Made by a program: the position numbers and the translations under genes
Notes under the pieces: generated by a model
Seen by the model: only the letters and a program-made list of their open reading frames with translations
Databases searched by the model: none
Told to the model about the DNA's origin: nothing
From: Planctomycetales bacterium
GTDB lineage: Bacteria > 4484-113
DNA length: 64,000 bases
NCBI GenBank assembly: GCA_037441675.1
Contig: JBBIRS010000003.1
Location: 128,001 to 192,000 of the forward strand
Direction: 5' to 3'
In this document: positions 1 to 9,090 of the stretch, piece after piece
How the letters are laid out: each line of letters begins with the position of its first letter
Numbering within the stretch: the first letter of the stretch is position 1

Positions 1-1782
1 TTTGAAGGTGATGCAACATTTGATGAGACATCTTCTCTTCCCACAATTCAGCACGAGTACGTAATGCCTGGGGAGTATAGAGCGACAGTTGAAGTTACAG
101 ATGATAGAGGCGCTACGGATACAGCGAGCATTTTAATTACTGTTACGGGTGCACCACCGCAGAATCAGCCACCGGTAGCGGTTCTTACCGCTAGTCCAGT
201 TGAGGGCTTTGAACCTCTGTACGTTGACTTTAATGCGGGTGGTAGCACTGATCCTGATGGGACAATAGTAGAGTATCGCTGGGATTATGAGGGTGACGGA
301 ACTTTTGATGAGACGACTCTCCTGCCAAGCGCGAACTTTGAATACACTGTTCCCGGGACGTTTAATGCCACGGTTGAGGTTAGCGACGATAAAGGAGCCA
401 CGGATTCGGATTCCGTTGAGATAAGAGTGAATGCAAAGGAGCCTGCGGTGATAAATTCTGTTTCTCCTCTATCTGGGATGGAGGGAATTAGCGTCAAGAT
501 TACCGCAGATGTTTCTGGCACTCCTCCTTTTAACTATAATTTTTCCTTTTCGGGAGGAACTGAGCCTTTAACTGGAAGTGGTAGTTCAGTGGATGTGGTT
601 GAGTTTGAGGTTCTACTTGTTACAGCTGGAACCTATAGTTTGTCGCTCACAGTTTCCAACATGTTTGGTGAAAGCAGAAGAGTCTTTGACTTCATCATCT
701 CTCCAGCAGGAGATGAGTGGAGCGTATATACTGTCCCAGCCGGTGATGTAGTCGCCCAGTACAGTTCACTTGCAGTTGTAGGGGGGAAGCCAGCAATCGC
801 ATTTTACGATTTTAACTCCCAAGACTTGTTCTACGCATACTCTGCAAACGAGTACGGCACTAGTGACTGGCAAATCTATGTCGTGGATTATAAGGGAATG
901 GGGCTTGGAGATGTGGGGCAGTACTGTTCCTTAGCAGAAATTGCCGATGGCGCGGGAATAAGTTATTTTGAGGGTGGAATTGATGCAAACCTGAAGTTCG
1001 CTTACAACTCAAATCCGGACGGAAGTGGCGAATGGAAGACTTATCGCGTTGATGTATCGGGAGATAGCGGATTTATTACATCATTGGCTGAGGAGCTGGG
1101 TCGCCCTGCTATTGGCTACTTTAGGGATACCCTTGCTGATCCGCCTATCTTAGATTATCGTTACGCTATCTGTGATAACTCGGATGGCAGTGGCAACTGG
1201 TTCGTTTCGTCTGTATCCAATGTGGATAGCTATTTATTCGCTGAGGGCAGAGTTTTGAGCATTCTGGATGGCAGGCCTGCTGTTAGCTTTTATAATTGGG
1301 GCACTAGTGAACTTCAGTTTGCGATAAACGAAGCTATTGATGGTACAGGCGATTGGGATATTCATTCTACCGGTGTTAATGTGATTTCTCTATTTGTTTC
1401 TATGACTTCTGTGAATGGACTACCGATGATTTCCTATAGAAACTTTGACTCGCCAACCGGACTTGAAATTCTCGTAAACAGCGCTTCAGATGGTTCTGGA
1501 GGATGGTCTCATTACGTTATTGAACCGGATGTCACCGCGTATCACACAGCGATACTTGATGTGAACGGCTATCCTGCTGTTGCTTACAGCGATTCTAACA
1601 ACTTAGCGATAAAGTTCGCCATTTGCGATACTAGTGATGGAAGCGGAAATTGGTTAATTTCAGTTGTGGACGGGGAGAATAGTCCATTTTTCCCATCTAT
1701 GGCTATGGTGGGGGGCCGTCCCGCTATTGCTTACTGTGCAACCGATACTGGGGAACTAAAGTTTGCCATTAGAAACTACTAG
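1..1782 (+). CDS. PKD-domain surface protein with C-terminal beta-propeller (5' partial)
   Basis: Frame is open from base 1 (FEGDATFDETSS...). PKD-type repeats (STDPDGTIVEYRWDYEGDG, VEVSDDKGATD) are followed by seven repeats of SLAxxxGxPAIxY / DGSGxW. Confidence 0.75.
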   Translation, partial: FEGDATFDETSSLPTIQHEYVMPGEYRATVEVTDDRGATDTASILITVTGAPPQNQPPVAVLTASPVEGFEPLYVDFNAGGSTDPDGTIVEYRWDYEGDGTFDETTLLPSANFEYTVPGTFNATVEVSDDKGATDSDSVEIRVNAKEPAVINSVSPLSGMEGISVKITADVSGTPPFNYNFSFSGGTEPLTGSGSSVDVVEFEVLLVTAGTYSLSLTVSNMFGESRRVFDFIISPAGDEWSVYTVPAGDVVAQYSSLAVVGGKPAIAFYDFNSQDLFYAYSANEYGTSDWQIYVVDYKGMGLGDVGQYCSLAEIADGAGISYFEGGIDANLKFAYNSNPDGSGEWKTYRVDVSGDSGFITSLAEELGRPAIGYFRDTLADPPILDYRYAICDNSDGSGNWFVSSVSNVDSYLFAEGRVLSILDGRPAVSFYNWGTSELQFAINEAIDGTGDWDIHSTGVNVISLFVSMTSVNGLPMISYRNFDSPTGLEILVNSASDGSGGWSHYVIEPDVTAYHTAILDVNGYPAVAYSDSNNLAIKFAICDTSDGSGNWLISVVDGENSPFFPSMAMVGGRPAIAYCATDTGELKFAIRNY

Positions 1783-1862
1783 CTCGCGCTCAAGCTAATA
1801 TATTGAGAAGGAAGGAACGCGGATAGTACTCTTGCCTTGCTTTGCCATGGGTGAACCCAAAA

Positions 1863-2522
1863 TTACTCTTGGAGAGTTACTCCATCCACTTTTTCTATCG
1901 CGCTCAAAGTTGAAATAATATCCTTCGTTTCTGCTTTTGACGCAACATGAGTAAGCCTAACCTCCACGACATTTCTCCCACCAAAAAGTCTCTCAGATGA
2001 AATCTCGCTGATGTCATAGTTCATAGAATGAAGCTTTTCCACAATTTCACGGACTGTTCCGGCGTCTCCACGATGAGAAATTTCTATAGCAAGATGAGGT
2101 CTAATTCTGAGAAGCTTATCAAATCTAACAAAGAAAAGAATAAGGACAATTAATACAGAGATGAGAGATGGAAAGTAGAAACCAGCGCCGATAGCGAGAC
2201 CAAGTCCAGCGACGAACCAAAGGCTAGCTGCAGTTGTTAGTCCACGAACTATATTTCCCTGGCGGATTATAGTGCCGGCTCCTAAAAAGCCCATTCCAGA
2301 GATGACTTGTGCCGCGATTCTGCCTGGGTCAAACCTCTCTTCGGGGTATAACGCTGAAACATGGATGGAGAGAAGCATAATTAGCGTGGAGGCAAGACAG
2401 ACGAGTATATGGGTTCTTAAACCTGCGGGTTTATCTGCTCTTTCACGCTCGTATCCGACAACGCCTCCCAGAATCGCTCCAATGATTAACCTTATGACCA
2501 TTTCCCAATAGGTTAATACCAT
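1863..2522 (-). CDS. MgtC/SapB family membrane protein
   Basis: GYERE..KPAGLRTH, DPGRIAAQVISGMGFLGAG and GLTTAASLW signatures; ACT-like C-terminus. Confidence 0.92.
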   Translation of the reverse strand: MVLTYWEMVIRLIIGAILGGVVGYERERADKPAGLRTHILVCLASTLIMLLSIHVSALYPEERFDPGRIAAQVISGMGFLGAGTIIRQGNIVRGLTTAASLWFVAGLGLAIGAGFYFPSLISVLIVLILFFVRFDKLLRIRPHLAIEISHRGDAGTVREIVEKLHSMNYDISEISSERLFGGRNVVEVRLTHVASKAETKDIISTLSAIEKVDGVTLQE

Positions 2523-2691
2523 AGCCTTATTCTATCCTAGCAAGGTTTAATTCTGAAAAATGATAAGAGAAATTCTTCTTTGGACGAGAAGATTTTTACT
2601 ATCTATCTTCTGCCACTTCAAAATTTTCATTTGTCTGAATACCAATAAATGGTGGTAAAATATTTAGAACATTACTTTGTGGAGTTTATCG

Positions 2692-4440
2692 ATGGCTCAT
2701 TGGAGAAGGTATTTTCTCTTATTAGTGGTTCTAGTGATACTAGTTGGATGTTCGGTGCAAAGTCGAAGGAGCGTAACCTCAGCGCGGATTGATAACGGCT
2801 TTTATCTAGTGATATCTGACGTTCAAAGTATCAAGGATTCACCAGGAAATCCGTACACTTTTACCGAAAAGCTTGATGCAAAGAACGCTAATTTGAAGGT
2901 GACAATCCAAGCTGAAGGTGTGAAGAACCTTCGGGCGGGATTTATGGAAATCGCCTTTCCTTCGGCGAGCTATCACTTTGAGGATTTTACTTACCTTGGA
3001 GGCTTGGGAGCGCAGGATGAAGTTATAGTTTTAGCGGTTCAGGATAATGATACTCTATCTCTTGGGGTAGCACCAATACATTATGACCAACTAGAAGGTA
3101 AGGACGGCAATGTTTCATTGTTTGAGCTTACATTTGCTCCTGGCGCTTCTCGCTCAATCTCTAGAAGTTCCGGGGACTCAAGGAAGGCGCCAACAGGAAC
3201 ATTCAATGCGGTTACCCTTACCGGAAATATTGACGCGGGGAGCATCGTGCATCTGTCCTGGAGGGAGCTTAATATGGGGGATGGCAACAATGACGGGACG
3301 GTGAATATAGCCGACGTTGCCCCCCTTGCTCAGCACTTTTTCTCCCGAGACGTTGATCCAAATTCTCCTCAAGGTCTAGCGGATTATAACGGCGATGGAA
3401 GGGTTGACATTCAGGATATTCGGCGATTGGCTGAAACATTTTTCACCAACTTGAGCGGTTATGACGTTGAGTTTTCAACTGACGGCGGGCAGAGTTTCAC
3501 CAAAATCCCGCATGAAGGTGGAACCCAACCAACGCTGGTCAGAATGGAGCTTTTCACATCTCCGCGCAATTCGGATGGCAGACTGCTATGGGCTTATGAT
3601 ACGCTACCAATTGAAGGCACTTACACATATCGGGTGGTTCCGAGAGCGAGTAATGGCGATGAGGGCGTTCTTTCTGCCAACACCCTTGAATTTACTGGTG
3701 TAATGGAACTTGAGGAGGTTGACGTGGTTCTTCCGGATGGTCATCCCGGCTATCTCTTGATAACAGAGGAAGCGGTGGATGAAGTTCCGGGAAACGAGCC
3801 TGACTTTGTGATTTCCAGCGTTCAGCTGACCGGGCTTGGTCGTCCCGCAGGCGCTACCGAGTTTATTGATGCCAGTGACAGACTCTCATGGATGATTACC
3901 GCCTCGTTGAACTCCGCTACTATTAGCAACACTTCTCCTAAGGGTCTTCTTACCGCAAAGGACATTGGCGTCGTGACTGTTCTTGCGTATGATCCCGATA
4001 ATCCAAGTGCAAGCGATACAATCACTATCCCCATTTACGCTATTGAGTCACTAATACTAAGGGAGAAGAGCCAAACAACTCCCGCGGACGTCACAGTTCC
4101 GAAAGGCTCCCGCGTTGAGTTTATTGTTGATGGCATATTTGACGATAACGATAGCGATTCAACAGACACTATGACAATTAACCTCACAAATTACGGAGTA
4201 GGTTGGATAATCCAAAGACCTGTTATTGGTTGGGATGGTGACGGGAATCCCATTTATGAATCCGGGACATTCTATTTAGATGTTGAGACTGGAGCTGTTT
4301 TTACCGAGTCAAGCGACATTAATCTCCAAAGCGGACATCGCGCATTCGTTACAACGGTCTATCCGCCGGAGGATAGGAACGTTACCATCGGTGATGGTCA
4401 TAGACCTGTGAGTAACACTATCACTATCACTATTGAGTAA
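2692..4440 (+). CDS. Lipoprotein with cohesin-like and dockerin-like modules plus Ig-like domains
   Basis: Lipobox LVGC; paired Ca-loop repeats GDGNNDGTVNIAD and ADYNGDGRVDIQD; preceding beta-rich cohesin-like segment; ATG 2692 follows GGAG. Confidence 0.6.
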   Translation: MAHWRRYFLLLVVLVILVGCSVQSRRSVTSARIDNGFYLVISDVQSIKDSPGNPYTFTEKLDAKNANLKVTIQAEGVKNLRAGFMEIAFPSASYHFEDFTYLGGLGAQDEVIVLAVQDNDTLSLGVAPIHYDQLEGKDGNVSLFELTFAPGASRSISRSSGDSRKAPTGTFNAVTLTGNIDAGSIVHLSWRELNMGDGNNDGTVNIADVAPLAQHFFSRDVDPNSPQGLADYNGDGRVDIQDIRRLAETFFTNLSGYDVEFSTDGGQSFTKIPHEGGTQPTLVRMELFTSPRNSDGRLLWAYDTLPIEGTYTYRVVPRASNGDEGVLSANTLEFTGVMELEEVDVVLPDGHPGYLLITEEAVDEVPGNEPDFVISSVQLTGLGRPAGATEFIDASDRLSWMITASLNSATISNTSPKGLLTAKDIGVVTVLAYDPDNPSASDTITIPIYAIESLILREKSQTTPADVTVPKGSRVEFIVDGIFDDNDSDSTDTMTINLTNYGVGWIIQRPVIGWDGDGNPIYESGTFYLDVETGAVFTESSDINLQSGHRAFVTTVYPPEDRNVTIGDGHRPVSNTITITIE

Positions 4441-4740
4441 CTCTCGTCCCTTGGGTTCGTCAAAGATGCCTTAATGATGAAAGAGCTTTCTATAGCACAT
4501 AAAGGTTTTTTTCTATTTGCTTCAGTTAGTTTCTTGGGTTTTTTATCGCTGATTATCGCTGAAAGCTGCTTTGTAAACTCTTTACTCTATAATAAGCAAG
4601 CGTTAATCAAGCGAAGAAAACAGATGGATATGGATTTGATAAATTGCCAAAATATCATCATCCTTTCCTTTAATAGTGCAAGGATGAAGTAGCAAAAGGA
4701 TATAATTAAGGTTAGTCTGAATTTTCAAAGGGACAGTAAG

Positions 4741-5568
4741 TTGATAAATTTCTTTTACAACAAGCCCCTTCTAAGATTTATTGAACTATTACTTTTTATT
4801 TGCCTAGGAGCAACGGGTTATCTTTATCTCTCTGCATCTTACGCAAAGGTAGGTGTTCAGGGGTTACTAGATGCTCTTGCAATATATTCTTTTGTGATAG
4901 CTGGCTTTCTATTTATTCTTATCTCAGAGGTTGCAGATTCATACTATCTGCGTGCTTTATTTTCGCTTATTACCTTTGTTGGAATGTTTATCGCGTTTTA
5001 CTTTATTTTCAAGCTGGATGCACCACACCTTGATCCCAGTTTTATGGGGGTTGGACTAATTTCCTTCATCTTGGCGATGGCGTTTGCTCTTGGTTTCTTT
5101 ATAATCGTTGTCGGTAGACTCATTCTAGAAAAAGTCCGAACAACACTGGTAGCTCGCGTTGTAGAGTCTAAAGCTAAAATGAAAGTATCGCCCGCACAGG
5201 CGGTAGTTGAAAGCAAGGGACAAGCTCAAGAGGTTGATGTGGAAGCTGTGGTGAAACAATCTTCCGCTTTAGCTGTAACTCCTGAGGGCGTAATGCTTTC
5301 GTGCATCGCTGGTCCGCATTTGGGTGAGGAGTTTGTACTAAGGGAGGGTGAAAATCAAATAGGCAGAACTGAGGGAAGCATAATCCTCGCTAGTGACGCT
5401 CAAGTATCACGCAGACACGCGGTTATCACTTTGAAGGAAGGGAAGCTTTATATTAGGGATTTGGGTAGCACTAATGGAACTTGGGTAGGGAGTGAGAGGA
5501 TTTCAGAGGCTGAATTAAAGCGGGGAGATATTATTATGCTAGGGCAGTGTAAGTTTAAGATTAAATGA
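4741..5568 (+). CDS. Membrane protein with C-terminal FHA domain
   Basis: Four hydrophobic segments, then FHA motifs IGR, VSRRHA and DLGSTNGT. Confidence 0.9.
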   Translation: MINFFYNKPLLRFIELLLFICLGATGYLYLSASYAKVGVQGLLDALAIYSFVIAGFLFILISEVADSYYLRALFSLITFVGMFIAFYFIFKLDAPHLDPSFMGVGLISFILAMAFALGFFIIVVGRLILEKVRTTLVARVVESKAKMKVSPAQAVVESKGQAQEVDVEAVVKQSSALAVTPEGVMLSCIAGPHLGEEFVLREGENQIGRTEGSIILASDAQVSRRHAVITLKEGKLYIRDLGSTNGTWVGSERISEAELKRGDIIMLGQCKFKIK

Positions 5569-5699
5569 GTAAAGCTCTAGAGGGGTATAAGATTAGCTAG
5601 TAATAAGATTTTCTCTACGTATCTAGTGAGCACTTTTTTATTATGTGGCGTTGTTTGTTTGCATCGCATTAGGGGAAGTGGAATTTTCTGTCTCTTTAT

Positions 5700-6323
5700 C
5701 TAGCCAAAGATCTCATTGAAAGATTCACTATACTTTTCCGCAACCTCGTCCAAGTTTGGCTTTGTAGCCATAAACATTTCCATACTTGTTACTGGTTCAT
5801 TAATTCCACAGGGGACAATTAGGTTGAAGTAAGAGAGAGCCGTAATAACGTTAAGAGCAAAGCCGTGAAAAGTAACCCAGTTTTTAACCGCAACCCCAAT
5901 TGCTGCAATCTTACCCTCTTCTGTCCACACTCCAATCATTTTCTCCTTTCTGAAGCCATTTATTTCATATTTCCGAAGCAGGTTGATTAGGCTCTCTTCT
6001 AAAGACGTAATGTAACTATGAATTGAGAGACCGCGCTTTTTTAGGTTCAGTATCGGATAACCCACTAACTGCCCCGGACCGTGGAAGGTTACGTCACCAC
6101 CTCGTTCAATTCTGTAAACTTCAACACCTTTGCGCTTTAGTTCTGCTTCCGGAAGCAGTATGTTTGTCTCTTTTGCTCGTCTGCCCAAGGTTATTACAGG
6201 ATTATGTTCTACTAGAAGAAGTTTTTCCTTGCCTTCATATTCGCAAACGAGCCTGTGCAGAGCTTTCTGCATCTCCCATGTGTATGAATAATCCCGCTTT
6301 CCCAGCCAAGATACTTCTATCAT
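5700..6323 (-). CDS. lipB: Lipoyl(octanoyl) transferase
   Basis: EHNPVITLGR, RGGDVTFHGPGQLVGYPI, KIAAIG, HGFALN, IVPCGI. Confidence 0.96.
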   Translation of the reverse strand: MIEVSWLGKRDYSYTWEMQKALHRLVCEYEGKEKLLLVEHNPVITLGRRAKETNILLPEAELKRKGVEVYRIERGGDVTFHGPGQLVGYPILNLKKRGLSIHSYITSLEESLINLLRKYEINGFRKEKMIGVWTEEGKIAAIGVAVKNWVTFHGFALNVITALSYFNLIVPCGINEPVTSMEMFMATKPNLDEVAEKYSESFNEIFG

Positions 6324-6444
6324 TCAGACACTAGTGATTATAACTGTTTTACCTTTCTTACTATGACTTTATATAAAACTGAGCTTTACAAAAATCGGTT
6401 CTTGCTATAATTACTCAATCCTTTTTGAATAAGGGGGTCTTATT

Positions 6445-6981
6445 ATGGATAATGGGAGATGGACTGCAACGTCTATAGGCATTTTGCTTCTCAGGATTTT
6501 CTTCGGTATTACCTTTGCTCTTCATGGAGGTCAGAAGCTGTTTGCATGGTTTAACGGTCCTGGAATAACGGGCTTCGCGGATTTCCTTGGACAGTTAAAC
6601 CTTGACTTTGGTATGCCAGTTGTTACAGCGTACGCTGTAGGAATTATTGAGTTTGTTGGTGGAATACTCATATTCTTCGGTTTATTCACTAGGCTAAGCG
6701 CATTTCTAATAGGCGCAACTATGGCGGTCGCAGTGCTTCTCGTTCACTGGCAGTATGGCTTCTTCCTAAATCCAACTGGTCCTGATGGAATGGAATATGC
6801 CTTAATTATGTTCGCAATTGCACTCTGCCTTGTTTTTAGTGGGGCAGGCAAGTACGCCTTGGATGTTCATTTTGCCGCTAAACCAAAGACTATTCCAAAG
6901 GTGGATACCACTTACCGTGAACCAGCACCATCACCCCCGAAAATTGAGGAGAAAGCCACTGAAAGTAGCTCTGAGTCCTGA
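6445..6981 (+). CDS. DoxX family membrane protein
   Basis: LLRIFFG..HGGQKLF, EFVGG..GLFTR, GMEY, GAGKYALD. Confidence 0.9.
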   Translation: MDNGRWTATSIGILLLRIFFGITFALHGGQKLFAWFNGPGITGFADFLGQLNLDFGMPVVTAYAVGIIEFVGGILIFFGLFTRLSAFLIGATMAVAVLLVHWQYGFFLNPTGPDGMEYALIMFAIALCLVFSGAGKYALDVHFAAKPKTIPKVDTTYREPAPSPPKIEEKATESSSES

Positions 6982-7086
6982 GAATTAAACTTATTCAAGC
7001 GTTTATTTTTCAGGCTTCAAGATAGGCTGAGATATTACTATATTTTTAAGCGCGTTAGAAACTGTGAGTTCTTCTACTATTTCACT

Positions 7087-7293
7087 CTAGTCCTCCGCGC
7101 TTTTGCGCCTTCTCATAGCAGATTCAACGCTCCTACCAATTAACAACCTGCCGAGTTTCTTGTGTCCAACCTTAAGATAATGTCTTTTCCAGAGGTCAAC
7201 AACATCCTGAATGGTGGCGCAAGCGTCAAGCTCTTTTTTCACGTCCTCAAGATACTTTCTTTCTTCTTCCAGTGAAGAAAAGGCTGATGGCAT
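7087..7293 (-). CDS. Small hypothetical protein (68 aa)
   Basis: Strong RBS (AAGGAGG) before the ATG; protein-like composition; family not recognised. Confidence 0.65.
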   Translation of the reverse strand: MPSAFSSLEEERKYLEDVKKELDACATIQDVVDLWKRHYLKVGHKKLGRLLIGRSVESAMRRRKSAED

Positions 7294-7480
7294 AACAAAA
7301 CCCTCCTTTTGAATATCCTACACGAGCGAGTGCGCCCAGTCAAGTTGCAAGTATGGATAGGCATTGAGGCATCTACACCAGTGAGTCTTAAATAAGTGGA
7401 AACACCGTATAACTCTGGGTCAAGGTATGGTTGGCATTAAGTTTTGTCTATATTTGGCTTTCCACTCATAATATATTCCA

Positions 7481-8875
7481 GTGGCTCCAAATTACGCATT
7501 AATTTCTTGTAAACGTTATCCGAAACTTGTTGGAAGCTTCACGCCGCCTCCTGATAAATCAATCACAATACGCGCACTTATCCTATCTTCGCTTTCCTCG
7601 GGGGAAAGCTTAATTCGCTCTCCACTAATATCTGAAGGTGGCTTGTTTGTGATAAAAGCGTTGGAAAAACTCGGCGCAACATTTTTAACAGATGAAACGA
7701 TGAGAGTAGGAAGTGAAACAATCTTTCGGATACGAGGAATATCCGTAAGAGCTAAGGATAATAGAGAAAAACCGTCAAGTTCTAACTCAGATGTGAAAGA
7801 GCTTTATTTAGGGGGATCTGCAACCGCGTTGAGACTTTTGGCTGGCGCCCTTTGCGGACTAAATGGAATTTTTCTCTTGACTGGTGATAAAACGTTGTTA
7901 AACCGTCCTATGGAAAGGCTGACAAAACCACTTGTTCAAATGGGCGCAAGTATAACCTTTCTGAAGCGAGAAGGTTACGCTCCACTTTTGATAACTGGCT
8001 CTAAATTATCTGGAATTGACTATACGCTTGAAGTTCCATCAGCGCAGGTGAAGAGCGCAGTTCTCTTAGCGGGGCTTTTTGCTGAGGGAAAAACTAGCGT
8101 TACGGAGCTCTTACCTGCCCGTGATCATACTGAGCGGATGCTCCCACTATTCAATGTTTATTTGGAAAAGGAGGAAAGGCAGGGAAGGAGGACAATCACT
8201 CTTTTAGGCAAGCAGAGCCTCCAATCTGCGAGTTTTAGTGTGCCCGGAGATTTTTCCTCCGCCTTCCTTCCGATTGCTCTAGCGCTAATTCTTCCAGACA
8301 GCTTCATTCGTTGCGAAGGGGTTGGTCTAAACAAGACCAGGCTAGGCGCGTTAAGGGTTCTTCAATCTATAAGCGCGAATATCACAGTTGAGGTTACTGG
8401 AAAATACGGAAACGAGGAGGTTGGTGTAATCAGCGCTAAAACCTCAAGCTTGAAGGCTTTTGAAATTGATGAATCTGAAGTTGGGACTATGATTGATGAG
8501 CTTCCGCTTCTCGCTCTGATTGCCACTCAAGCGGAAGGTGAGAGCAGGATTCGTGGGCTTTCAGAACTAAAGGTTAAAGAGAGTGACAGAGCATTCGGCG
8601 TTTTTGAAATTCTGCGAGCATTCGGGGCGGATGTACTCCTCTCGGATAAAGAGTTAAGAATTAAAGGACCAAAAAAATTAAAGCCAAGTGGCGTGAAAGT
8701 TCCTAAAGACCATAGAATGGCGATTCTTGCCTTTGCCTGTGCAGTAATCGCTGGAGGTGATTCTCGAATAGGAGGTTTTTCATCTGCGGAAACCTTTTGG
8801 CCAAGTTTTCACCAAACATTTTCAGATAATCTCATTCAAGGAGTGAGTATCTTGCTTTCAGGAGAGGCGCGTTGA
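7481..8875 (+). CDS. aroA: 3-phosphoshikimate 1-carboxyvinyltransferase (class II-like EPSP synthase)
   Basis: PDKSI, RPMERL, SAQVKSA, RDHTE, NKTR, DELP, KESDR, DHRMA. Confidence 0.93.
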   Translation: MAPNYALISCKRYPKLVGSFTPPPDKSITIRALILSSLSSGESLIRSPLISEGGLFVIKALEKLGATFLTDETMRVGSETIFRIRGISVRAKDNREKPSSSNSDVKELYLGGSATALRLLAGALCGLNGIFLLTGDKTLLNRPMERLTKPLVQMGASITFLKREGYAPLLITGSKLSGIDYTLEVPSAQVKSAVLLAGLFAEGKTSVTELLPARDHTERMLPLFNVYLEKEERQGRRTITLLGKQSLQSASFSVPGDFSSAFLPIALALILPDSFIRCEGVGLNKTRLGALRVLQSISANITVEVTGKYGNEEVGVISAKTSSLKAFEIDESEVGTMIDELPLLALIATQAEGESRIRGLSELKVKESDRAFGVFEILRAFGADVLLSDKELRIKGPKKLKPSGVKVPKDHRMAILAFACAVIAGGDSRIGGFSSAETFWPSFHQTFSDNLIQGVSILLSGEAR

Positions 8876-8996
8876 ACGAGAAAATATTAGCTGAGGGGAG
8901 GGCACCGAATTTGCGCTTAGCATTCCTTCAAATGAAAATCTGTTTCTGCCATAGCCCAAGTCTGTTACACGCTTCATGTTCATCTAACTTCTGGGT

Positions 8997-9041
8997 AAAG
9001 AAAAGATCGGGAGGGCTCGGTGAGGCTATGAGCCCTCCCGA
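8997..9041 (-). terminator. Rho-independent terminator of the multiheme cytochrome gene
   Basis: 12-bp perfect stem TCGGGAGGGCTC / GAGCCCTCCCGA followed by a T-rich tract on the minus strand. Confidence 0.8.
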
Positions 9042-9090
9042 AATTCTGAAAGGAAGCAAGTAGCTATCAACTTAAGCCAATCTGCGTTTG

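Noticed and set aside
8872..9063. 63-aa ORF after aroA
   Set aside because: Overlaps the terminator hairpin and has no recognisable features.
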